Under the pieces are notes generated by a model. It did not search any database. It saw only the letters and a program-made list of their open reading frames with translations, and was not told the origin of the DNA. DNA of 64,000 nt from Bacteroidales bacterium (GTDB lineage Bacteria; Bacteroidota; Bacteroidia; Bacteroidales; GCA-2748055). Below, piece by piece: positions 39,610-48,715 of the stretch. The stretch is from contig JAIPBT010000002.1 of the NCBI GenBank assembly GCA_021738565.1, forward strand, positions 7,774-71,773, given 5' to 3'. A program made the translations under genes and the position numbers. Position 1 is the stretch's first letter; each line of letters begins with the position of its first letter.

Positions 39610-41113
39610 TAAATGTTTACCCGGAATGATAAGAAAATTTTTTTTTACTGTTTGTTCTGCATGCTATCTGCTTCCGGCCATTGCACAAAATGACACACTT
39701 AAACTTGAACTGACACTGGAAGATGTTGTGGCAGTGGCAAGTGAGCAATCCCCCATGGCGACAATGGCACGACACCAGTTTCGCAGCAGCTACTGGGAAT
39801 TCAGGACTTTTAAGGCAAGTTTTCTTCCATCACTGACATTAAACTCCACTTTGCCTGACATTAACCGTTCCATAGATAAGATAGTAAGGGATGATGGAAC
39901 AGAAGGTTTTGTCTCACGCGCTGTTATGAACAGCAGCCTCGAACTCGGGCTTTCACAGAATGTTGGTTTCACCGGTGGCAATATCTTTCTCAATTCAAGC
40001 CTTCAGCGAATCGATAATTTAGGTGAAAATCCTGACCTAAGTTATCTTTCTTACCCGTTTACATTCGGTTTTTCCCAGCCAATCAATGGATATAACGCTT
40101 TCAAATGGGAAAAGAAAATAGAGCCTGCAAAATATGAGGAGGCAAAAAAGGAACTGATCGCAACACTCGAGGAAGTGAGCAACCGTGCAGTCGGTTATTT
40201 CTTTGACCTGGCACTTGCACAGATCAACCTGGAGATAGCAAGGAAGAACTATGCAAACAGCGATACATTGTATAACATTGCAACAGGACGTTACCAGCTT
40301 GGAACCATTGCTGAGAATGAATTGCTGAATATGGAACTGGGTTTTTTGAATGCCGGAACCGCCCTTAATGCAGCCAATATTGACCTTGAAGTCAAGAAAT
40401 TCCGTTTGCGATCATTCCTTGGTTACAATGAAATGGTCGATATTGAACTGGCGCTGCCCACAGAAATACCGGAAATAGAGATGGATCTCGGAAGAGCCCT
40501 TGAAGAGGCCAATACAAACAATCCCGAAGTTCTTGCGATGAAAAGAAGATTGATGGAGGCAGAGCAAAATGTAGCCCAGGCCAAATCTCAGAAAGGGATT
40601 CAGGCAAATTTGTTTGCGCTTTACGGATTAAGTAAAAATGCAGATGACCTGGGCAATGTATATGTTGATGCTGAGGATCAGCAGCGCTTGCGCGTTGGCT
40701 TTGAAATACCCATCCTCGACTGGGGATTGGGAAGGGGAAGATATAAGATGGCACAATCTGCACAGGAGGTGGTGAAAACAAATGTTGTGCAGTCGAGAAG
40801 CGACTTTGAGCAGCAGGTGTTTTTGCAGGTAATGCAATTTAACCTGCAGGATGATCAGTTAACCATTGCAGCAAAATCTGACACAATTGCTGAAAAAAGG
40901 TACGAGGTTACAAAGCAACGGTTTCTTATCGGCAAGATCGATGTACTGGAATTAAATGATGCCCTTGAGAAAAAAGATGTTGCACGGCGAGGATATGTCC
41001 AGGCCCTGCGTAATTACTGGGATTATTTTTACAGTTTAAGGATCCTCACCCTTTATGACTGGATCAGCGACAGGAAGATCGAGCAGGATTTCGACGAAAT
41101 ACTTCTTAAATAA
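39602..41113 (+). CDS. TolC-family outer membrane protein
   Basis: The ATG at 39602 (MNNKCLPGMIRKFFFTVCSACYLLPAIAQ) overlaps the permease stop (ATGAATAA). The ORF-track start at 39545 lies inside the permease gene. Shows the two-repeat TolC architecture. Confidence 0.8.
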   Translation: MNNKCLPGMIRKFFFTVCSACYLLPAIAQNDTLKLELTLEDVVAVASEQSPMATMARHQFRSSYWEFRTFKASFLPSLTLNSTLPDINRSIDKIVRDDGTEGFVSRAVMNSSLELGLSQNVGFTGGNIFLNSSLQRIDNLGENPDLSYLSYPFTFGFSQPINGYNAFKWEKKIEPAKYEEAKKELIATLEEVSNRAVGYFFDLALAQINLEIARKNYANSDTLYNIATGRYQLGTIAENELLNMELGFLNAGTALNAANIDLEVKKFRLRSFLGYNEMVDIELALPTEIPEIEMDLGRALEEANTNNPEVLAMKRRLMEAEQNVAQAKSQKGIQANLFALYGLSKNADDLGNVYVDAEDQQRLRVGFEIPILDWGLGRGRYKMAQSAQEVVKTNVVQSRSDFEQQVFLQVMQFNLQDDQLTIAAKSDTIAEKRYEVTKQRFLIGKIDVLELNDALEKKDVARRGYVQALRNYWDYFYSLRILTLYDWISDRKIEQDFDEILLK

Positions 41114-41121
41114 TTTGAGTC

Positions 41122-41419
41122 TGTCAATAAAGTTGGAGTGGCTGGATCATAATGTTCGTTTGCAAGGCCTGCGAAGTTGGGAAATGCGGAGTCCCGATAT
41201 ATTTCGGGATGAGCAATTTACCGACGAGCATAACGCAGCTATTGGCGTTTTCTTGCAAGCACTAATTAGTGTCTGTCCATAATGTCCGATATCTACGTTG
41301 CTGCAAAAATTTTAAATCCTCGAATACGTTAGTATACTGCGGTTTAAAATTTTTACGCGCCTTGATCTCGAACATTATGATCCAGCCACCCGACTTTATT
41401 GACAAGCACTAATTAGTGC
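41122..41419. mobile_element. MITE-like non-autonomous element with 36/37-bp terminal inverted repeats
   Basis: Left arm TGTCAATAAAGTTGGAGTGGCTGGATCATAATGTTCG (41122-41158). Right arm CGAACATTATGATCCAGCCACCCGACTTTATTGACA (41369-41404). The two arms are reverse complements except for a 6-7-nt central patch. Internal hairpin TCCCGA-tatatt-TCGGGA (41192-41209). Internal duplicate of the tip CAAGCACTAATTAGTG (41256-41271). Terminal palindrome GCACTAATTAGTGC (41406-41419). No credible ORF. Confidence 0.55.
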
Positions 41420-42591
41420 CTGAATTCTTTGGTCTTTTCAAAGATGTGCCGGAAAATATCCCTTTCGGTCTCATGTAACACCTCTCCCCTGCGATCCATT
41501 ACCAGTTGCATGGTTTCAATAGCTTTGTCAAGCCTGTATTCACTCATTCCTGATGCACCTCCCCAGGTAAATGACGGTGTGAAATTTCGGGGAAATCCCG
41601 ATCCGAAGATGTTTGCAGACACCCCTACCACTGTACCGGTGTTGAACATGGTATTGATGCTGCACTTTGAATGATCTCCCATGATCAGCCCGCAGAACTG
41701 CAAGCCGGTTTTAATGAAATGCCTGGCAGGATAGTTCCATACCTTAACTTCAGTATAATTGTTCTTAAGGTTGGAATTGTTTGTGTCTGCTCCCAGGTTG
41801 CACCATTCACCGATAACAGCATTACCCAGAAAACCATCATGACCTTTATTGGAATATGAATGAAACACAGCATTGTTTATTTCGCCTCCTGCTTTGCAGT
41901 AGGGACCTATTGTGGTTGGCCCGTATATCTTTGCACAAAGTTTTACAGTTGCATGGTCGCCAAGAGCAAAAGGCCCTCTTATGACCGCTCCTTCCATGAT
42001 CTCGCTGTTTTTACCAAGGTAAACAGGGCCATTTGATGCATTGATCGTAAAGTATTCGCCACTGAATCCTTCCTCAACAAAGACTTTTCTTCTTTCGATC
42101 ACATTGACGGTTTCACTGAGAGATCTGGATTTTCTGCCTGAGGTGATCATCTCATAATCAGAAATGATCTCTTTTTCGTTCAGTGAAAAGATCTTCCAGG
42201 GATAATCAACCAGGAAGATTTCTCCTGTATACTCTGTTGCATTATCAACAATGGCAGGATCATTCAGATCAAAACTGGCAGCATTTGTTTTTACTGCAAG
42301 CAGTGTACTGCCCTTTTTCAGGGATTGTCCGCTTTTCAGAAGTCCAATTGCTTCAATGATATCGGTATCTGGAAGTAAGGAACCATTTACGAGGAGATTG
42401 CTGTTTGAAATGGAGACGTTGTACTTTGTCTGGAGGTAATCCTGAGTAAGATAGGATGCTTTTAAGGACAGCCTCAATTCCCATTTTTCCCTGATGGTCA
42501 ATATTCCGACCCTCAACGCTGCACTCGGTTTTGTAAAAGTGAGCGGAAGCAGGTTTTCCCAGCTGTGGTCGTCAAACAGGATGAGATTCAT
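41413..42591 (-). CDS. GlmU-like sugar nucleotidyltransferase / left-handed beta-helix protein
   Basis: 392 aa. The N-terminal half is nucleotidyltransferase-like. The C-terminal half carries hexapeptide repeats (…GPTTIGPYCKAGGEINNAVF…GNAVIGEWCNLGADTNNSNL…). The stop codon lies within the repeat palindrome. Confidence 0.6.
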   Translation of the reverse strand: MNLILFDDHSWENLLPLTFTKPSAALRVGILTIREKWELRLSLKASYLTQDYLQTKYNVSISNSNLLVNGSLLPDTDIIEAIGLLKSGQSLKKGSTLLAVKTNAASFDLNDPAIVDNATEYTGEIFLVDYPWKIFSLNEKEIISDYEMITSGRKSRSLSETVNVIERRKVFVEEGFSGEYFTINASNGPVYLGKNSEIMEGAVIRGPFALGDHATVKLCAKIYGPTTIGPYCKAGGEINNAVFHSYSNKGHDGFLGNAVIGEWCNLGADTNNSNLKNNYTEVKVWNYPARHFIKTGLQFCGLIMGDHSKCSINTMFNTGTVVGVSANIFGSGFPRNFTPSFTWGGASGMSEYRLDKAIETMQLVMDRRGEVLHETERDIFRHIFEKTKEFRH

Positions 42592-42621
42592 CTTTTTTTA
42601 TTAAAGGTAAGGAAAATGGAT

Positions 42622-42650
42622 CAAAAAAAAAGCACCGCTCGAGGGGTGCC
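42622..42650 (-). terminator. intrinsic terminator downstream of rpmE2
   Basis: On the minus strand: GCACC-cctcgagc-GGTGC followed by T9 (plus-strand A-run 42623-42631). Lies 25 nt after the rpmE2 stop. Confidence 0.7.
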
Positions 42651-42674
42651 TTAATTTCATAGCGACAGAAAAAA

Positions 42675-42935
42675 TTATTTTTTCTTGTCGTAATGTTTTT
42701 TGTACCTGTTCATGAACTTATCCACACGTCCTGCAGTATCCACAAGCTTCATCTTTCCTGTATAATATGGATGAGATGCACTTGATATCTCAAGCTTGAT
42801 CAGTGGGTATTCGACACCATCAATCTTAATTTTTTCTTTAGAGGCAGCAGAAGATTTTGTAATGAAAACCTGCTCATTTGACATGTCTTTGAATGCCACC
42901 AACCTGTAATTATCCGGATGTATTCCTTTTTTCAT
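42675..42935 (-). CDS. rpmE2: 50S ribosomal protein L31, type B (no zinc ribbon)
   Basis: 86 aa. MKKGIHPDNYRLV…SHPYYTGK…VDKFMNRY. No cysteines, so this is the Zn-independent type B form. Confidence 0.9.
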   Translation of the reverse strand: MKKGIHPDNYRLVAFKDMSNEQVFITKSSAASKEKIKIDGVEYPLIKLEISSASHPYYTGKMKLVDTAGRVDKFMNRYKKHYDKKK

Positions 42936-43066
42936 GGTCTTGATATTTCCTTAAACATCTTATTTTCTAACGGACTGCAAAGATAATCATGTTTCAGATT
43001 TAAACAAAAAATATTATATGTCTAATACTGCTTTCGAGCTATTTTCTGTATGGGGTATACTAAAAG

Positions 43067-43101
43067 GTGCTTGTCAATAAAGTCGGGTGGCTGGATCATG
43101 A
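43067..43101 (-). repeat. copy of the dispersed repeat (variant CACCCGAC), inverted relative to 41377-41409
   Basis: GTGCTTGTCAATAAAGTCGGGTGGCTGGATCAT (43067-43099) is the exact reverse complement of 41377-41409 (33/33). Confidence 0.7.
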
Positions 43102-43144
43102 TTGAACTGGTTGGGATAGGACATTTCATTTTGTATTCTGATTT

Positions 43145-44335
43145 TCAGACCCCGGGTTGTATCGAAGGATCCACTTTCTCCGGCATAAAGCGTTTGAACG
43201 GGATCTTCTTGTTGATCATATAACGGTAGGTATGGTGTGTTTTTGCATGATACGCACCTGTCGCCCTGTAGAGGGCGATCATTTTTGAATTGAAGTCACC
43301 TACCCAGGATAATTCAACCTGCTTGTAATGGGGATTTTTTTCCACAACTTTTTTGAGCTGATAAATAATGCCTGATTCCACGCCGGATTTCTGAAATTTT
43401 GGACACACACCAGCTGCACTTCCACGCATTCTTGTCATTGTTTTCCTGTTTTTCAAATAGAGGAATTTAATCTTGTTGTACAGGTGCAGTTTGCCATTCA
43501 GATGCTTCAGTATCTGGTTTGCATCGGGCAGGAAAATAAAAAATGCAATGGGTTCATCTTTGTAGTAGGCAAACCAACAGAGTTCAGGATCCAGGATAGG
43601 TTTTGCCTTTTGTAATATCTCGTAAACCGAGTCTGGTTCCATGGGAGTAAAATCGTCCTTCAGGTGGGGCCATGTTTCATTGTATACCTTCACCATATCT
43701 TTTACAAACCTGTCGGTATGCCTGTATTCAAAATGTCTGAAGCTGTAGTGCTGTCGCTTATTGATCCATTCAGCAATTTTCCAGAACCGCTCCGGAAAAG
43801 GTTTTTCAATATCAATATGAAAACTATACTGCTTGTAGTAGAGTTGAAATCCATAGTTTTCGAAGAGTTCACGGTAGTATGGAGGGTTGTAGGCCATACC
43901 GTATCCCTGGGGTTCAAATCCGTGCACCAGGCATCCCCAGTTCGATTCACTCTCACCGAAATTGACCGGACCGGTCATTGCCTCAAGGCCTTTATCCTTA
44001 AGCCACCCTGCAGCAGCGTCAAACAGCAAGTTTGCTGCATCCTTGCTGTTGATGCATTCGAAGAACCCGCATCCTCCGCTTTTTACATAATCAGCCCTGG
44101 CTTTATCTTTTTCATAAAATGCTGCTATTCTGCCGATTATATTACCTGAATCGTTGATGAGAATCCACCTGCACGCGTCTCCGTTTTGAAAATGAACATT
44201 CCTGATCGGATCGAAAGCTGCCTTAATTTCATTGTCAAAAGGCATGACATGTTTCGGGTCGTTCTTATACAGCTTCCGGGGGAGGTCAAGAAATTCCCTT
44301 TCACTCTTTTTATCATCTACTGTATTGATCTTCAT
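43145..44335 (-). CDS. GNAT-like acyltransferase-fold protein of unknown function
   Basis: 396 aa, cytoplasmic. N-terminal …EFLDLPRKLYKNDPKHVMPF… and …IIGRIAAFYEKDKA… resemble a widespread Bacteroidota ~390-aa family usually annotated as GNAT. The assignment is tentative. Confidence 0.45.
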   Translation of the reverse strand: MKINTVDDKKSEREFLDLPRKLYKNDPKHVMPFDNEIKAAFDPIRNVHFQNGDACRWILINDSGNIIGRIAAFYEKDKARADYVKSGGCGFFECINSKDAANLLFDAAAGWLKDKGLEAMTGPVNFGESESNWGCLVHGFEPQGYGMAYNPPYYRELFENYGFQLYYKQYSFHIDIEKPFPERFWKIAEWINKRQHYSFRHFEYRHTDRFVKDMVKVYNETWPHLKDDFTPMEPDSVYEILQKAKPILDPELCWFAYYKDEPIAFFIFLPDANQILKHLNGKLHLYNKIKFLYLKNRKTMTRMRGSAAGVCPKFQKSGVESGIIYQLKKVVEKNPHYKQVELSWVGDFNSKMIALYRATGAYHAKTHHTYRYMINKKIPFKRFMPEKVDPSIQPGV

Positions 44336-44344
44336 AACAGTGGT

Positions 44345-45817
44345 CTAATCTAAGCTGAACCATGAATTCAATATCTTTTGATCTGTATCGGAATGAATTT
44401 CAGATTGATGAATATACTCATTTTTTGCAGGAACGTAGGTATATTCATTCTCATAATGCCTGATATTCTCAACAATTTCACTTACAGAAGAAATAAAAAT
44501 TTCAACCTCTTTATCAGTCATCGTGGGGTGCAGGGACCATCTTACCCATCCTGGTTTTTCGAACAGATCTCCGTGATTGATTTTATCGGTGATCTCCTTG
44601 CTCCGGTCATAAGTTACTTCCAGAAGGTAATGTCCGTACGTTCCCGCACAGGCGCAACCGCCCCTGGTCTGGATACCGTATTTATCATTCAGGATCTTAA
44701 CCATCAGGTTGAAATGTATAGCGGGATGATAGAATGAAATAACCCCGATGCGCCTGGTGACATTGTTTGCAAGTATTTTTATTCCCGGAATTGATCTTAA
44801 ACCATCAAATGCAATTTTCAAAAGCTCATCTTCCCTTGCAAGGATGTTTTCGACACCCATTTGCTCTTTTAATTTAATGGCCAGCGCAGCCTTAATGGAC
44901 TGGAGAAATCCCGGGGTTCCACCATCTTCCCTGGCTTCAATGTCATCAACATACTTGTATTTGCCCCACGGGTTGGTCCAGTCGACTGTTCCTCCGCCGG
45001 GATTATCGGGCACCTGTAGTTTGTACATAGCCTTGTCAAAAATCAGCACACCGGAAGATCCCGGTCCGCCCAGGAATTTATGGGGCGAGAAGAAAACCGC
45101 ATCCAGTTTTTCCATTGGATCCTTTGGATGCATATTGATATTTAAGTAAGGCGCCCCTGCTGCATAGTCCACAAAAATGAGTCCCCCGTATTCATGCATC
45201 AACCTGGCCATCTGGTGGATGGGGGTTCTGATTCCTGTAACATTGGAGCATGCGGTAAAGGATCCGATCTTGAATGTCCTGTCTCTGAAATTTTCCAGCT
45301 TCTTTTTCAGATCACCCAGGTCCACAAGAAGCTCTTTGTCGGGTTGCAGTTGCACAACTTCGGCGATTGTTTCAAACCATGATGTGTGATTTGAGTGGTG
45401 TTCCATATGGGTGACAAAGACTACCGGTTTGTCCTTGGTTTTTACACAATCTTCTTTTCCTCCACAGCCTTTAAGGCTAAGAATTCGCATCAATTTATTG
45501 ATGACGGCCGTCATACCAAAACCTGCCGTTATGATGACGTCATTCGGGCCGGCATTGACATGTTTTTTTATATAATGGTGGGAATAATTGTACGCTTTGG
45601 TCATCAATGTGCCGGTAGTGGTAGCTTCAGAATGTGTGTTGGCCACAAAAGGACCAAATTGATCAGTGATGCGCTTCTCTATTGGACCGTATAACCTCCC
45701 GCTGGCGATCCAGTCGGCATAATGGATCTTTTTTCTGCCGTAAGGTGTTGAAAATTCTTCTTTCAAACCTACAATATTCTCCCTGAATTTTCTGAAATAA
45801 TTTTCCAGTGATTCCAT
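44345..45817 (-). CDS. class V fold-type I PLP-dependent enzyme (cysteine desulfurase/selenocysteine lyase-like)
   Basis: 490 aa. PLP-lysine context FFSPHKFLGGPGSSGVL and …THMEHHSN…. Lies 9 nt upstream of the GNAT-like gene. Confidence 0.8.
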   Translation of the reverse strand: MESLENYFRKFRENIVGLKEEFSTPYGRKKIHYADWIASGRLYGPIEKRITDQFGPFVANTHSEATTTGTLMTKAYNYSHHYIKKHVNAGPNDVIITAGFGMTAVINKLMRILSLKGCGGKEDCVKTKDKPVVFVTHMEHHSNHTSWFETIAEVVQLQPDKELLVDLGDLKKKLENFRDRTFKIGSFTACSNVTGIRTPIHQMARLMHEYGGLIFVDYAAGAPYLNINMHPKDPMEKLDAVFFSPHKFLGGPGSSGVLIFDKAMYKLQVPDNPGGGTVDWTNPWGKYKYVDDIEAREDGGTPGFLQSIKAALAIKLKEQMGVENILAREDELLKIAFDGLRSIPGIKILANNVTRRIGVISFYHPAIHFNLMVKILNDKYGIQTRGGCACAGTYGHYLLEVTYDRSKEITDKINHGDLFEKPGWVRWSLHPTMTDKEVEIFISSVSEIVENIRHYENEYTYVPAKNEYIHQSEIHSDTDQKILNSWFSLD

Positions 45818-45922
45818 TTTGAAATGATTTTCAAGATCACTTATTGCTCACCAATATAATCAAAAAATGGTGCGTAAAGATACACACCATTCTTAAAATA
45901 GAAAGAATAATATATGTGTTGT

Positions 45923-46675
45923 CTAATCTCTTCCGGCAAACCTGGACAACAACCTCAGGAATTCAATGTATAGCCATACCAGCGTGACCAGGAGGCCAAA
46001 GGCGCCATACCATTCCATGTACTTTGGTGCAGACATGCCGGCTCCTTTCTCAATGAAATCAAAATCAAGGATAAGGTTCAAAGCGGCAACTACAATTACG
46101 ACGAGATTGATAATGATCCCGATGGGACCGCTGCTGTGCAGGAATCCAAGGGTTACACCGAAAAGGCTGAAAATAAAACTCAGCAGATAGGCAAAAAATA
46201 TCGCGCCGGTAGCCATGATGATCCCTCTCCTGAACCTGGGTGTTGCCCGGAGCCGTCCCGACCTGTAGAGGAACAGCATTGTAAATAATGTTCCCAGTGT
46301 AAGGATCACAGCCTGGAAGGGGATTCCCTGGTATTTGGCATTGATTATGGCACTGATGCCCCCCAGGAATAGTCCCTCAAGTATTGCATAGATCGGGGCG
46401 GTCACACCAGCGGTTCTGGGTCTGAATATGGTTATCAGTGCCGCAATCAGGCCGCCGATGGCACCGATCATAACATACGTTTGTGCAGCTGCCGGATTTT
46501 CACCCAGTGTCATCTTCCATGTATATGCTGCCCCCGCTATTACCAGCAGTAACAGTACCCCAATCTTGTTGATCGTCCCGTTTATCGTCATTGCGCCGCT
46601 TTTGCCGGCAGTGTCAGAAATGCGTTCGAAAATGGCCCCCGACATGGCAGGATTTGAAGATCTTATCATTCTCAT
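45923..46675 (-). CDS. Bax-inhibitor-1/YccA-like integral membrane protein
   Basis: About 250 aa from the ATG at 46675 (MRMIRSSNPAMS…). Seven hydrophobic helices. The ORF-track start at 46717 adds 14 residues. Confidence 0.6.
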   Translation of the reverse strand: MRMIRSSNPAMSGAIFERISDTAGKSGAMTINGTINKIGVLLLLVIAGAAYTWKMTLGENPAAAQTYVMIGAIGGLIAALITIFRPRTAGVTAPIYAILEGLFLGGISAIINAKYQGIPFQAVILTLGTLFTMLFLYRSGRLRATPRFRRGIIMATGAIFFAYLLSFIFSLFGVTLGFLHSSGPIGIIINLVVIVVAALNLILDFDFIEKGAGMSAPKYMEWYGAFGLLVTLVWLYIEFLRLLSRFAGRD

Positions 46676-46938
46676 ATCTGTAAATTTTATGCTACACTGA
46701 GTCAAACCGTGTGCCAAAGGGATTTATTGTAAGAATCATGACATTTTAACATATTCAAATGGTATGCTGCATTCAGGGATAAGAATTTTTAACTTTTCCT
46801 GATGCAATACATCCCCCTGAAATTTAACTTATGGAATAGATCCGGTGACACTCCCAAATTTTTTTTCTGATACCATTGTATTGTATTCATAAAAAACATT
46901 GTGTAGGTTTGGTAATGCGCGGGAGAATACGACCTATT

Positions 46939-48213
46939 ATGAGAAGTGACTTTTTTCGCAATGTTGCAACGCTGATGACAGGTTCGACGGTCGCTCAGCT
47001 GATCGCTCTTGCAATTTACCCCATTCTGACAGATTTATACGAACCGGAGGATTTTGGACTTTTTTCCCTGTATATGGGGATCATAGCAATTACAGGCATT
47101 CTCTCCACAGGCCGTTATCATCTTGCCATACTGATGCCTTCTGATGATAAAAATGCCCTTAATGTAGCATCAGTTGCCTTTGTAATATCTGTGATGGTTG
47201 GCTTGTTTTTGCTTTCAATTGTTGCATTATTCAGGAAGCCGATCGCGGCAGTTTTTAACAATCCCGGAATTGAACAGTGGCTGTGGCTTGTACCCCTTTC
47301 AACATTCCTGATCGCATTTTTCCAGATATCCATTTACTGGCACAACAGGAGGATGAGTTTCAGGAATACAGCAGCCGGAAACCTGGTTCAGTCCATCACC
47401 AATTCAGCTGTTAAACTGAGTACTTCGGGCACCCTTCCTTCGGGTGGCGGTCTTATTTCAGGAGCTATAGCAGGACAGCTGGCAGGAAGTGGTTTTTTCT
47501 TTTACAGGTGGATTGTCAAATTCCGTCATTACTTTAAGAATATTAGCTGGGTTTCAATGAAGGAGGTTTCCAGGACCTATTACCGGTTTCCTGGATTCAA
47601 TATGCCCAATAACCTGGTTAACAATATATCCAACTCATTGCCGGTTTTCCTTATAAGCGCCTATTTTGGCGCAGCAGAACTTGGGTTTTACAGCCTTGGT
47701 TTTACAATGATCTTCAGTCCCATGAACCTCGTGACCAATTCCATGGAACAGGTGTTTTCGCAACGCTTGATCGCAAAATATAACAACGGAGTTACCATCT
47801 GGAAAGATTTTTCGACCTTGTTGAAAAGATCTTTTCAGCTGGGATTCATTCCTTTTCTGCTGGCCGGTATATTCGGACCTTTTCTTTTCAGGATCATTTT
47901 TGGAGCCGAATGGGAGGTATCAGGAAATTACATGCGTTTGCTGATGCCCTGGTTCTTTACTGCTTTTATGGCGAATCAGCTGACTTTTATCCCGGATCTC
48001 TTTTCCCGGCAAAAAACTGCATTTCTACTGAATGTAATACGGCTGCTACTGAGAATTGCCGGACTGGCAATCGGGATCTATTATCAGGACATTATGCTGG
48101 CTCTCGGACTGTTCAGCCTGTCAAGCCTTACAATAGTCATAGTAACCTTGATCTGGTACATCCGACTGGTAAAAAGATTCGAGGGAGAATTAGTCAATTC
48201 AGGTGAGGAATAA
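46939..48213 (+). CDS. Wzx-like oligosaccharide flippase / polysaccharide biosynthesis protein (MOP superfamily)
   Basis: About 424 aa from the ATG at 46939 (MRSDFFRNVATLMTGSTVAQLIAL…). At least 10 TM helices. No other glycan-synthesis genes are adjacent. Confidence 0.6.
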   Translation: MRSDFFRNVATLMTGSTVAQLIALAIYPILTDLYEPEDFGLFSLYMGIIAITGILSTGRYHLAILMPSDDKNALNVASVAFVISVMVGLFLLSIVALFRKPIAAVFNNPGIEQWLWLVPLSTFLIAFFQISIYWHNRRMSFRNTAAGNLVQSITNSAVKLSTSGTLPSGGGLISGAIAGQLAGSGFFFYRWIVKFRHYFKNISWVSMKEVSRTYYRFPGFNMPNNLVNNISNSLPVFLISAYFGAAELGFYSLGFTMIFSPMNLVTNSMEQVFSQRLIAKYNNGVTIWKDFSTLLKRSFQLGFIPFLLAGIFGPFLFRIIFGAEWEVSGNYMRLLMPWFFTAFMANQLTFIPDLFSRQKTAFLLNVIRLLLRIAGLAIGIYYQDIMLALGLFSLSSLTIVIVTLIWYIRLVKRFEGELVNSGEE

Positions 48214-48303
48214 AATTACAGATAGTGGTCCTTGAAAAGCAAAAATTCTATTTGATCGGTTTATTACTTCAGAAAATATCTTTAAATTTGCACACCGAAA
48301 AAT

Positions 48304-48378
48304 GGTGGATGTAGCTCAGCAGGTTAGAGCGCTGGATTGTGGTTCCAGAGGTCGCCGGTTCGAACCCGGTCCTCCACC
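48304..48378 (+). tRNA. tRNA-His (GUG)
   Basis: Cloverleaf read by hand: G-1 + GTGGATG / TA / GCTC-AGCAGGTTA-GAGC / G / CTGGA-TTGTGGT-TCCAG / AGGTC / GCCGG-TTCGAAC-CCGGT / CCTCCAC + C73. The anticodon is GTG. The extra 5' G pairing with C73 is the His identity element. CCA is not encoded. Confidence 0.9.
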
Positions 48379-48390
48379 CAACAAGGAATA

Positions 48391-48420
48391 CCGCCTGGCT
48401 TTTGCCTGGCGGTTTTTTTT
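48391..48420 (+). terminator. intrinsic terminator after tRNA-His
   Basis: CCGCCTGGC-tttt-GCCTGGCGG (one mismatch) followed by T8. Confidence 0.75.
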
Positions 48421-48422
48421 AT

Positions 48423-48454
48423 AAAAAAGGGGATGCGATGTGCACCCCCTTTTT
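48423..48454. terminator. second, bidirectional terminator-like hairpin
   Basis: A6-GGGGATGC-gatgt-GCACCCCC-T5. The stem has one A/C mismatch and is flanked by an A-run and a T-run, so it could act in either direction. Confidence 0.5.
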
Positions 48455-48715
48455 ACTAACCACTTAAACCTAAAAAAAGAACTTGTCTTAACCCGTTAAT
48501 TAATCTAAAAGGACTTATAATTTGTTCATTATATAAGTTACAATCTGCATGCCAAAATTTTTAAGTAATTAAAAACCAATAATTTGTATTTATTATTGAT
48601 ATGTAAAGAGTCATAATTAGGTGGTCGCATTTGGTACAATTGCGTACGAAAATGAACGATTTTAACATTTTTAAATCGCCGGTTGGCTTGTTCGCAGGAT
48701 GGGATGAAAGGATAC

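Noticed and set aside
41055-41282. 75-aa plus-strand ORF spanning the tolC end and the MITE-like element
   Set aside because: It starts inside the tolC coding region in another frame and runs through the repeat sequence. It has no independent support.
41377-41412. Mini-ORF MIQPPDFIDKH encoded by the repeat, as a real micro-gene
   Set aside because: It is only 11 codons. The variant copies read differently (MIQPLQLY* at 10819, and a 25-codon read-through at 43099). Nucleotide-level, not codon-level, conservation explains it.
41122-41419. Invertible promoter (inverton) interpretation of the TIR-bounded 300-bp segment
   Set aside because: It lies between the 3' ends of two convergent genes, so an internal promoter would only drive antisense transcripts. 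No recombinase gene is nearby. The same termini occur as solo copies elsewhere, which fits a MITE better. Inversion is still testable (see the findings).
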